DNA from: Candidatus Binatia bacterium
GTDB taxonomy: Bacteria; Desulfobacterota; Binatia; Bin18
NCBI GenBank assembly: GCA_963666315.2
Contig: CAXXHG010000021.1
Location: 32,001 to 96,000 of the forward strand
DNA: 64,000 nt
Direction: 5' to 3'
Under the pieces are notes generated by a model. The model searched no databases. It was not told the DNA's origin and saw only the letters and a program-made list of their open reading frames with translations. Below, in pieces: positions 40,142 to 48,668 of this stretch. How positions within the stretch are numbered: the first letter of the stretch is position 1; every line of letters starts with the position of its first letter. Position numbers and translations under genes: made by a program.

Positions 40142-41122
40142 TTATCGATGCGCTTCGTCTAAAAGCGGCTTGAAAAAATCGGGCTGGGCGATCCAGTCGT
40201 CCTCGCTCGCCATCTCGTGAAAAAAGCTGGTATCGATCACGACTTCGTCGATACCGGCGTCCTTACACTCGTTGAGCTGCGGCAGCATCTCATCCGGGCT
40301 GCCGACCCAGTTTGGTTGCATCAGTTGGTCGCCTATTTTCTCAATGCTGGGCAGCGCCGGAGCGGCAAACACACGCTGGACGAGCGGCAGCGGGCCGCGA
40401 TCAAATTTCTCTTTTGCCATCTGGTTAATCTGCTGCATCCGTGTCACGGCAAGTTCTACTGTGTGACCGGCAGGATGCCAGGCGTCACACAACTCGGCCA
40501 CCCGCGGTAGCCCGGCATCACTCAGGAACCCGCCCAGAATCGGCACGGCCGGGTTCCCGTGTGCATCGCGCTGGACTGGTTTCGGGGAGGTTGAGCCGCG
40601 CGGAATGGTATAGAAAGGGCCGTCGTACTGGGTTGGATTTTGTTTCCAGGCTGCGCGCAGGGCTCGGATGAAGTCACTACACCGTGCGCCTAGTGCATCA
40701 AACGGCGTGTCCATGTGCGCATACTCTTCGCGCGCCCAGCCTATGCCGATGCCGAGATCGAACCGCCCGCCGGACAGGACGTCGATGGTTGCGATTTGTT
40801 TAGCAAGCGCGACGGGCCGATGGTAGCCAAAGACCAGGATGGAAGTCCCCAGGCGGATGTTGTGTGTTATGCCCGCAACATAGGCAAGTGACTCCAGTGG
40901 AGACAGCAGACTTTCATACGCCTCAGGCCACTGCACGAGTTTGTCCGGCCCAAGCACGGCTTGGTGGATAGGATGGCTCTGAATAGGTTGTTCTGGATAC
41001 AGTAAGTGATCTTGGACCCACAGCGAGTCGTAGCCTAATTGGTCGGCGCGGACGGCAAACTCATGCACCGCGCGCTGGCTGGCAAAAGCCGTGAGCTGCG
41101 GCATATTGAATCCGATTTTCAT
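40142..41122 (-). CDS. LLM-class probable F420-dependent oxidoreductase (Rv2161c-like)
   Basis: GYDSLWVQDHLLYP, LAKQIATIDVLSGGR..LGIG.GW..EEY, PKPVQ. Confidence 0.9.
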   Translation of the reverse strand: MKIGFNMPQLTAFASQRAVHEFAVRADQLGYDSLWVQDHLLYPEQPIQSHPIHQAVLGPDKLVQWPEAYESLLSPLESLAYVAGITHNIRLGTSILVFGYHRPVALAKQIATIDVLSGGRFDLGIGIGWAREEYAHMDTPFDALGARCSDFIRALRAAWKQNPTQYDGPFYTIPRGSTSPKPVQRDAHGNPAVPILGGFLSDAGLPRVAELCDAWHPAGHTVELAVTRMQQINQMAKEKFDRGPLPLVQRVFAAPALPSIEKIGDQLMQPNWVGSPDEMLPQLNECKDAGIDEVVIDTSFFHEMASEDDWIAQPDFFKPLLDEAHR

Positions 41123-41133
41123 GCCTGTCTCCT

Positions 41134-41883
41134 TTATTGGGCAGTATAGCCGCCATCAATAACCAACTCGCTGCCAGTCACAAACGAGGCTTCGTCGCTG
41201 GCCAGATACAGGACTGCATAGGCAATATCCTGTGCTGTGGCTAAGCGTCCCAGCGGATGGGCCAGGGTGGCGGCTTGGCGCGCTTCGGGGTTGAGGACGT
41301 CCAGCATCTCGGTATCGACCCCGCCCGGATGGACAGAATTAATCCGAATCCGGTCTTTGGCGTATTCAATTGCCGCCGTTTTGGTCAGCAGCCGCACGGC
41401 ACCTTTTGTCCCGTGGTACGCAGTCGCCATACCGGCGCCTACGAGACCGGCGACCGAAGAGATATTAATGATCGATCCACCCCCGGCCTGACGCATGGCA
41501 GGCACGGCGTGTTTCATGCCCAGGAATACGCCCGTTTGGTTGATGGCAATGACACGGTTCCACAGATCGAGATTGGTGTCTTCCAAGCCTTCAGTCGGAA
41601 AGATGCCGGCATTATTGACCAGAATATCCAGTCTGCCGTAGGTCTGGACGGTCGTCTCAACTGCCTGCTGCCAGTCCGTCTCTTGGGTCACATCGAGTTT
41701 GACCCCGGTCGCCCGCCCAGCCTGGCTGTTCAGAGAGTCGACCACAGCCTGTTGCTGCTCAACCAGGATATCGCCTAAGACAACCTTTGCGCCTTCGGAC
41801 ATAAAAAGCCGGGCTTCGGTTGCTCCTTGTCCACGCGCCGCCCCGGAAATCAGAGCAACTTTTCTGTCAAGTCGTCCCGCCAT
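41134..41883 (-). CDS. Short-chain dehydrogenase/reductase
   Basis: SGAARGQG, NNAG, Y..TK, RINSVHPG, DGGYTAQ. Confidence 0.93.
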   Translation of the reverse strand: MAGRLDRKVALISGAARGQGATEARLFMSEGAKVVLGDILVEQQQAVVDSLNSQAGRATGVKLDVTQETDWQQAVETTVQTYGRLDILVNNAGIFPTEGLEDTNLDLWNRVIAINQTGVFLGMKHAVPAMRQAGGGSIINISSVAGLVGAGMATAYHGTKGAVRLLTKTAAIEYAKDRIRINSVHPGGVDTEMLDVLNPEARQAATLAHPLGRLATAQDIAYAVLYLASDEASFVTGSELVIDGGYTAQ

Positions 41884-41908
41884 GATCACATCTCCTTTTC
41901 CTAGCTTG

Positions 41909-43081
41909 TTATTTTGGACGCGACCCGCTTCGTTCCGTAGCGTATTCGTTGCTCGCTTTTTCAATCGCATGGGCGGTGGCTGCGGCGAACTTTCCGCCTG
42001 CGTCGAGGATACGGTCATAGGACGCTTGCGGTGCAGCTAGCTGACCTTTGAAATGTGGCATGACGTATTGGGCAATCAATTCGTACGAACGCAGCGTTCC
42101 CGCCGAATCCGCGAAATCGGCACCGATCGTTAGATAGGTCCCGAATCCGCCCGATTGCTCCTGGAGTCGTTCTATCTGGGCAATGGCCATCTCCGGGGTA
42201 CCGATCACGCCCGTACCGGCCGCATTCATTTCTTTGACAATCTCCTCGTAGGATGTCGGGCCTCCCTGGGCTATCGGCAGGACATGCGACAGATAGGTCA
42301 TGATAGACAGAAAACCGTAGCGACAATCTTCCAGCGCCTGCTCTTCAGTTTCGGCCACATACATCGGGCCGACCATGCGCCAGTTTTGGCGGTGGACGGA
42401 TTGACCGTGTTTTGCGGCTTGTTCTTCGGCAACTTCCCAGTGATCCGCCAGCATCTCAAAACCAAAAGGATTCGTCGCAGCAACCGACAGCAGACCCACA
42501 CCAAAGCGGCCAGCCAGTTTGGCGCCGGCTGGAGAGACTGATGCTGCGACAACGATATCGAAACATGGTTGGCTATACGGTCGTAACTGCAACACCCCTT
42601 CCTCAATGGTGAACCAATCGGTTTTACGTGTGACTGTTTCGCCTTGGAACAGGGCCAGCATGACTTCGAAGCTCTCTTCCATCATGCGGCGCTGCTCGTC
42701 GGGATGAATGCCGAGCATAAAGGCGTCCGAGGTGAGCTGACCTGGACCGGCACCGAACATCATCCGACCACGCGTGATGTGGTCGAGCATGACAATGCGA
42801 TCGGCCAGGATAAGCGGATGATGATACGGCAAAGAGTTTACGCCGGTGCCGAACTGAATGTGATCTGTCCGTTGCGATGCGACACCAATGAAGACTTCTG
42901 GCGAGGCGATGGTTTCGTAACCGGAAGAATGGTGTTCTCCAATCCAGGCTTCGTCAAAGCCCAAGCGGTCAAGATGCTCCATCAATGCGAGGTCGCGTTG
43001 CAGCGACAGGGTTGGGTTCTGCCCAACAGGATGCAGGGGGGGAAGAAAGATACCAAAGCGTAATGGCTGGTGTTTATTCAT
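41909..43081 (-). CDS. LLM-class monooxygenase, limonene 1,2-monooxygenase (LimB)-like
   Basis: FGIFLPP.H..GQNPTL, GEHHS.G.E.IASPE, LPYHHP, GPG.L.SDA, LQLRPY, SYEL.A.YVMP.F. Confidence 0.88.
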   Translation of the reverse strand: MNKHQPLRFGIFLPPLHPVGQNPTLSLQRDLALMEHLDRLGFDEAWIGEHHSSGYETIASPEVFIGVASQRTDHIQFGTGVNSLPYHHPLILADRIVMLDHITRGRMMFGAGPGQLTSDAFMLGIHPDEQRRMMEESFEVMLALFQGETVTRKTDWFTIEEGVLQLRPYSQPCFDIVVAASVSPAGAKLAGRFGVGLLSVAATNPFGFEMLADHWEVAEEQAAKHGQSVHRQNWRMVGPMYVAETEEQALEDCRYGFLSIMTYLSHVLPIAQGGPTSYEEIVKEMNAAGTGVIGTPEMAIAQIERLQEQSGGFGTYLTIGADFADSAGTLRSYELIAQYVMPHFKGQLAAPQASYDRILDAGGKFAAATAHAIEKASNEYATERSGSRPK

Positions 43082-43234
43082 GCGGCTTTCGTATCGAGGC
43101 GAAGATCAGCGGTCAAGAGACACTGGGGTTGATCGCGCAGCAAAAGAGACACAAAAGAGGGAACAAATAACGGCCTCGCTCCAGCCGATCTCAGCATGTG
43201 TTTTATACCGGCCTGCTTGTGGACCTCTTGCCCA

Positions 43235-43525
43235 TCACCCTGCGCCTTCCACGACGATCATCTTGGCGTGTGAGGCGCTGTGGCGAATGCCTTTTGGCTC
43301 GCGGTATTCTTCGGAGTGATACCAGGCCTTTGCTTGTTCGACGCTCTCGAATTCGAGCACGACCACTCGGTTGGGTATCCAGTCGCCTTCCAAATTTTCC
43401 GCTTTCCCTCCACGTACGACAAACTTTCCGCCATAGGCTTCGACGGTCGCGGGCACAAGCTTGGTGTAGCCCTGGTAGGCCTGGGGATCGGTCACTTCAA
43501 CATCCACGATGATATAGGCAGACAC
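43235..43525 (-). CDS. DUF1330 domain protein
   Basis: YGGKFVVRGG....LEG.W.P.RVVVLEF.S.E.A.AWY.S.EY. Confidence 0.92.
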   Translation of the reverse strand: MSAYIIVDVEVTDPQAYQGYTKLVPATVEAYGGKFVVRGGKAENLEGDWIPNRVVVLEFESVEQAKAWYHSEEYREPKGIRHSASHAKMIVVEGAG

Positions 43526-43529
43526 GGTT

Positions 43530-43566
43530 TCCTCCGTATTAATACACTCGTATCAACCGCGCGCAT
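43530..43566 (-). pseudogene. VapC/PIN toxin 5' stub
   Basis: MRAVDTSVLIR overlapping the antitoxin stop, then lost. Confidence 0.65.
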
Positions 43567-43816
43567 GCCGGCCTCGAATGTGCCGTTTGATTCCTTCTTT
43601 CAGCTCCCCAAGCGTCTTCCGCTTGGGAGGCCCTTTGGGGAACAGGGCTCGGTGCACGTCATCAGACGTAAACTTTCCCGCTTTTCGGACAAAGATCCTG
43701 TCGCCGTCTTGATCCCATTCGAGCACGGCACCGGGTCCTATCCCGAGCCTGCGACGGATCTCGGCAGGGACAGAGATTTGTCCTCGTGCGGTGAGCCGCG
43801 ATTGAGCTAAGGCCAT
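43553..43816 (-). CDS. AbrB/MazE/SpoVT-family (VapB) antitoxin
   Basis: SRLTARGQISVPAEIRRRLGIGPG. Confidence 0.9.
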   Translation of the reverse strand: MALAQSRLTARGQISVPAEIRRRLGIGPGAVLEWDQDGDRIFVRKAGKFTSDDVHRALFPKGPPKRKTLGELKEGIKRHIRGRHARG

Positions 43817-43940
43817 ACCTGCTATAGTGCCCGGACAAGGTATCTACGGCAAGGCAGCCTTGTAGGAGGGCAGTTGAACACTAGTTGACCTACCTTTTTC
43901 TATTGCTCTGAATCAGACCTCATGAGATTCGTACACACTT

Positions 43941-44007
43941 ACCGGCGATAAAGTCGCCAGGCTACAAAATAGCGCCCCATCAATGGGGCTAGCCGGCTTG
44001 AGCCGGC
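43941..44007. repeat. Cluster of short GC-rich hairpins (REP-like)
   Basis: ggcgataaagtcgcc..ctac, gccccatcaatggggc, gccggcttgagccggc. Confidence 0.55.
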
Positions 44008-44191
44008 GTCGTTGAGGTGGGGGTGGGTTCATCTCAGAAAGTGTGACCCAGTAGCAATCTGTTGCGTTTCGATTTAGCCCTAACAGGCCGAAGTTCTCGT
44101 CTCAACATTCGAGCCGCTTGTCGGCTAGGTGCGAAACCGTATCGGGCAAAGTCCACAAGCGTAGTCAGCCTGACCGAACAGGAGCAACGTT

Positions 44192-45937
44192 ATGGGCGAA
44201 TCGAGTCTTCGTATTGATAAAGATGTCCTAGTCCCAATGCGGGATGGGACGGCGTTGCGGGCGGATGTCTATCGCCCGGCTGCATCCGGCAAATACCCGG
44301 TCATCTTGCAGCGTACGCCGTATAATAAAAACCTGCTGGCGGGAGTGGTCTTGATGCTTGACGTAGTACGCACGGCGAGTGAGGGCTACGCCGTTGTTAT
44401 TCAAGACACACGCGGACGGTTTGCGTCCGACGGAGAGTTTTATACCTTTCGAGATGACATCTTGGATGGTTATGACACGGTGGAGTGGTGCGCGGTTCAG
44501 GCCTGGTCTGACGGCAACGTGGGCATGTATGGTGCCTCCTATGTTGGGGCGACCCAGTGGCTCGCGGCGATCAGTACCCCGCCGCATCTCAAAGCGATTT
44601 TTCCCCTCATCACTGCCTCGCACTATCACGAAGGCTGGACCTATCAGGGTGGGGCCTTTGCCCTGGGGTTTAACGCGAGTTGGACCATGGCCCGCCTCGC
44701 ACCCGATACGTATATGCGCTTGATGCAGACACAGCCTGAGGTGGGCGATCGTTTCAAGACGATGCTAGGCGAAATCGACGCACTGTCTCAGTGGTTTCAG
44801 CATTTGCCGCTTACGGATTTTCCATTCTTGGACGAGGCTGCTGCCTACTTCTCCGACTGGCTTGCCCATCCTGATGATGATGTTTACTGGGCACGCTGGA
44901 ATATCGAAGCCCAGCACAATGCCGTCATCGTGCCGGCCTGCAATGTGGGTGGCTGGCACGATATTTTTCTGGGCGGGACGCTGCGGAATTATCTCGGCAT
45001 GCGTGAAAATGGGGCGACCCAGGAAGCACGCCAAGGACAAAAGCTGCTGATCGGTCCCTGGTATCATACCCTGCCCCTCGGCAATGTGGTCGGAGAAGTA
45101 GACTATGGCTTTGTCAGTCATGCCATGGTGGCGGATCTGGATGGCCTGCACATCAAATGGTTTGATTACTGGCTCAAGGGTAAACAGAACGGTCTGTTAG
45201 AAGAGCCGCCGGTGCGCATTTTTGTTATGGGTGAGAACACCTGGCGGACGGAGAATGAATGGCCGCTCGCCCGGACTGCGTACACCACATATTATTTCCA
45301 CAGCAACGGCAATGCGAACAGCCTACGCGGCGATGGCGGATTGAGCCCTGAACCGCCGCGCAGTGAATCGGTGGATGTGTATGTCTCGGACCCACGCAAT
45401 CCCGTGCCGACCAGAGGCGGCGGGGTAACCGGCTGGCCGGCAGCTATGCCGGGCGGGGCGTTTGATCAACGCTCAGTTGAGGAACGGACTGACGTGCTCG
45501 TCTATACTACCCCGGTCTTAGAGCAGGATTTAGAAGTCACCGGCCCAGTCAGCGTGACCCTGTACGCGGCTACCAGTGCCGTAGATACGGACTTCACGGC
45601 CAAATTGGTGGACGTACAGCCGGAAGGATATGCACGTAATCTCACGGATAGTATTCTGCGCGGTCGCTACCGGAAATCGCGGGCAGAGGCGAAACTGCTG
45701 ACACCGGGAGACGTGTATGAATACGTCATAGATTTGTGGGCAACCAGTAATGTGTTCAAAGCGGGCCACCGGATCCGGATCGAGATTGCCAGCTCGAACT
45801 TCCCGCGCTTTGATCGTAACCCGCAGACGGGGGAGGGCGCCGCCGAGGCCAGCCGGCTTGAGCCAGCCTTACAGCACGTATTTCACGATGAGGCCCGGCC
45901 GTCACACATCGTGCTGCCTATTATTCCACGTTCGTAG
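44192..45937 (+). CDS. CocE/NonD family hydrolase
   Basis: PMRDGT.L.AD.YRP, RTPY, GASYVG, GGWHD, IGPW.H, SSNFPRFDRNP. Confidence 0.95.
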   Translation: MGESSLRIDKDVLVPMRDGTALRADVYRPAASGKYPVILQRTPYNKNLLAGVVLMLDVVRTASEGYAVVIQDTRGRFASDGEFYTFRDDILDGYDTVEWCAVQAWSDGNVGMYGASYVGATQWLAAISTPPHLKAIFPLITASHYHEGWTYQGGAFALGFNASWTMARLAPDTYMRLMQTQPEVGDRFKTMLGEIDALSQWFQHLPLTDFPFLDEAAAYFSDWLAHPDDDVYWARWNIEAQHNAVIVPACNVGGWHDIFLGGTLRNYLGMRENGATQEARQGQKLLIGPWYHTLPLGNVVGEVDYGFVSHAMVADLDGLHIKWFDYWLKGKQNGLLEEPPVRIFVMGENTWRTENEWPLARTAYTTYYFHSNGNANSLRGDGGLSPEPPRSESVDVYVSDPRNPVPTRGGGVTGWPAAMPGGAFDQRSVEERTDVLVYTTPVLEQDLEVTGPVSVTLYAATSAVDTDFTAKLVDVQPEGYARNLTDSILRGRYRKSRAEAKLLTPGDVYEYVIDLWATSNVFKAGHRIRIEIASSNFPRFDRNPQTGEGAAEASRLEPALQHVFHDEARPSHIVLPIIPRS

Positions 45938-45960
45938 GGGGCCAGTGTAGATTTGATGCA

Positions 45961-45992
45961 TGTCATTCTGAGCAGCTTTGCGACGAAGAATT
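45961..45992. repeat. GTCATTCTGAG..GAAGAAT-type repeat
   Basis: Same ends as the element at 53796-53856. Confidence 0.5.
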
Positions 45993-46064
45993 GCTTCCGC
46001 TAAATTTACTCTGAGTCAGCCGGCGCATATTGCGTTCAGCGAAGGGGAAAGACCAGCGCTTCCG

Positions 46065-46126
46065 GTAGGGTGCGCCCTGCGCACCGAGCTCGGGGTGTCA
46101 GATTACGCTACGCTAATCCGACTTAC
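46065..46126. repeat. 62-bp GTAG-REP heterodimer, inverted second copy
   Basis: Reverse complement matches 33491-33552 at 54 of 62 positions. Confidence 0.85.
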
Positions 46127-46137
46127 GGGATGGAAGT

Positions 46138-47553
46138 TTATGTCTTTGGCGCCTCGGTCGTTATGACAGGCTGTTGTAGATGCCAGTCGGTAGCCTGTTG
46201 GTAAGCATGCGCCGCACGCAAGACGCGGGCTTCTGCCCACTCCGGGGCTATGAGCTGCATGCCAACTGGTAGCCGATCATCGGTAAATCCACATGGTACG
46301 CTCAGCACGGGCACTTGGGCCAAGCTTAAGGGATAGGTGAAACGGGCAAGGAGTCGGGTCGTTTCTACTCCTTCGCTTTCTTCAATGATGGGAGCTGGAA
46401 TCCCGCAGGTTGGAGCTAAGAGAATATCGTAGCGCTCAAAGGTCTGCTTGATTTGTCGTTGCCATCGGCGCTGTACTTGCCGATTTCGCCCATATTGGCT
46501 GCCGCTTACCTGTGCTCCAATCCGCAGCCGAGTCAGGACGTCCGGCCCGAAATCTTCGGATCTTTCCGCAAGCCGTGCTTGATGAAAGGCGGCAGCATCA
46601 GCCAGGAGCATCTCACTTGTCCGTTCAACCGTGGCTGCCGCGTCGGGCAACTCCACTTCCTCGACGTGGGCGCCTAAATCTTCATACACTTGGGCGGCTT
46701 GATTGATGAGAGTGACGACAGCAGGCTGTGGTTCCTGCTGGAAGTGTCCGCCGAGCAGTCCTACGCGTAGGCCGCTTACGCCTGCGTGGAGCTGGGCCAG
46801 GTAATTGCCCACCGGCTTATCTACGCAGGAGAGATCCTCGGGGTCATAGCCCGCGAGCGCCTGTAGCATATGCGCAATATCTTCTGCCCGTCTGGCTAGC
46901 GGACCAACCGTGTCAAAGCTCCAACTGACCGGGATAACGCCCCGGTTGCTGACTCGACCCATCGTAGGCCGAAGACCGCATACGCCATTCAGCGCAGCTG
47001 GAATACGCACAGAGCCGCCGGTGTCTGTGCCTACAGTGGCCAGCGCCATATCGGCAGCGACTGCAGCGCCCGAGCCGCCGCTGGAGCCGCCTGGAATGCG
47101 GGCCGGATCCCAGGGATTTCTACACGGACCGTAGTGCGGATTGCGCGTAGTGCCGCCAATGGCCCATTCATGCATATTGAGCTTGCCCAGAATAATGGCG
47201 CCTGCCTGGCGTAGTCGAGACACAACCTCGGCGTCGGCCGCGGCAACGTGGTCCCTCAAGAACTTGTTTCCGCCTGTCATCCGAACGCCGGCGACTTCGC
47301 AGTTATCCTTTAGGGCAATGGGAATACCATGCAGCGGCCCAAGCGCGTCTCCTGTAGTCACGGCTCGTTCCGCAGCTTTGGCAGCAGCAAGAGCCTCGTC
47401 CGCCATGACTGTGAGGTAGACGTTCAAAGGAGGATTGATCGACTCGATGCGGTCGAGGTAGGACTCAACGAGTTCTACAGGCGAGAGCTGGTGTGCGCGG
47501 ACCAGATTGACTACATCAGTAATCCCCAGCTGCATAAAATTAGATGACGTCAC
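46138..47553 (-). CDS. Amidase signature family protein (GatA/AtzE-like)
   Basis: PLHGIPIALKD, GGSSGGS, GTDTGGSVRIPA. Confidence 0.95.
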   Translation of the reverse strand: MTSSNFMQLGITDVVNLVRAHQLSPVELVESYLDRIESINPPLNVYLTVMADEALAAAKAAERAVTTGDALGPLHGIPIALKDNCEVAGVRMTGGNKFLRDHVAAADAEVVSRLRQAGAIILGKLNMHEWAIGGTTRNPHYGPCRNPWDPARIPGGSSGGSGAAVAADMALATVGTDTGGSVRIPAALNGVCGLRPTMGRVSNRGVIPVSWSFDTVGPLARRAEDIAHMLQALAGYDPEDLSCVDKPVGNYLAQLHAGVSGLRVGLLGGHFQQEPQPAVVTLINQAAQVYEDLGAHVEEVELPDAAATVERTSEMLLADAAAFHQARLAERSEDFGPDVLTRLRIGAQVSGSQYGRNRQVQRRWQRQIKQTFERYDILLAPTCGIPAPIIEESEGVETTRLLARFTYPLSLAQVPVLSVPCGFTDDRLPVGMQLIAPEWAEARVLRAAHAYQQATDWHLQQPVITTEAPKT

Positions 47554-47614
47554 AATAAAATACTTTGGGGCTCATCGGGAGCGACCGTATTCATGTTCTT
47601 TACTGGATCTGCTC

Positions 47615-48502
47615 CTAGCAGACCTGCGCATGTACGAACGCGATGATTTTCTCTAGCGCTTGTTCGGAGTTTGGCGAAGACGGATTTCTGATAATGAATC
47701 CCTCGGCTTCGCCCTCGAATAGCTCCAGCTCGACTTGGCCACCCGCCTTGCGGTACTGCTCGACAAAGCGGTCGAGGTCAGGACGCGGATGCGCTCGGTC
47801 GTTGGTGCCTTGCACGTAGAGCACGGGCGGCAGTTCGACCTGCTCGCCACGTTCCAGCGCGAGCACGGGGTTGCCTTCGGCCATGGCCTCTTCGGTTTTC
47901 CAGTACTTATCGTGTAGGGGCAGTACCAGGTCTATTAAATCGGGGTAGGGTTTGCCACCCGCTTTCACCTTCTTGGCGTAATGGTAACGTGCCAATGGAT
48001 CGATAACCGGCCAGCATAGGACCGCGCAGCGCAGACTGGCATCAACGTCCGGCGCTCCAGCAGGCAGTGGTAGCGCCGCATATCTAGGATCGGACGGTCG
48101 CATCCCAGCCAGCATGGCCTGATGCGCACCGCTCGAGCTGCCTAAAATGCCCACGAGGTCAGGACGACTACCAAACTCTGTTGCCTGGGTCTTGAACCAT
48201 CGGATCGCGTAATTAATGTCAGCCAGTGAGCCAGGATATGATGCCTCGGGCGGCACGCGGAAATCCAGCGCTGCGACTATCACACCACTTTCTGCCAGGG
48301 GTTCGTTGATGGCGACATCCATTAGGCGGTCGCCTAAACACCAGGCCCCGCCGTGCAGTTCGATGACGGCTGGAAACGGCCCTGGGCCGCGCGGCTTGAA
48401 CAAACGTGCCAGTAAGGGCTTGTTGCCGTGACGGATATATTCGACGTCTTCTACGTCGATGTCATACGTCTGAGATGCGTTGCGAGGTGCGTTGGCTGTC
48501 AT
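47615..48502 (-). CDS. HSL-family alpha/beta hydrolase
   Basis: HGGAW, GSSSG nucleophile elbow, QGTND; expected HGF reads EGF. Confidence 0.85.
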   Translation of the reverse strand: MTANAPRNASQTYDIDVEDVEYIRHGNKPLLARLFKPRGPGPFPAVIELHGGAWCLGDRLMDVAINEPLAESGVIVAALDFRVPPEASYPGSLADINYAIRWFKTQATEFGSRPDLVGILGSSSGAHQAMLAGMRPSDPRYAALPLPAGAPDVDASLRCAVLCWPVIDPLARYHYAKKVKAGGKPYPDLIDLVLPLHDKYWKTEEAMAEGNPVLALERGEQVELPPVLYVQGTNDRAHPRPDLDRFVEQYRKAGGQVELELFEGEAEGFIIRNPSSPNSEQALEKIIAFVHAQVC

Positions 48503-48668
48503 GCTGCTGCTCCCTTTCTCGTACACGAGAGTGCGTACGGGGTAGTCTGTTCTTCGGCGAACAAAGTTTCTTCACTTGTCCTAACCGATTTGCCCTTTTG
48601 TTGAAAGGGAAACGTTAGCTACCATTCCTGCCTGAGTATGTGGTAAGTGATGAAGGAAAAGGAGGCGC

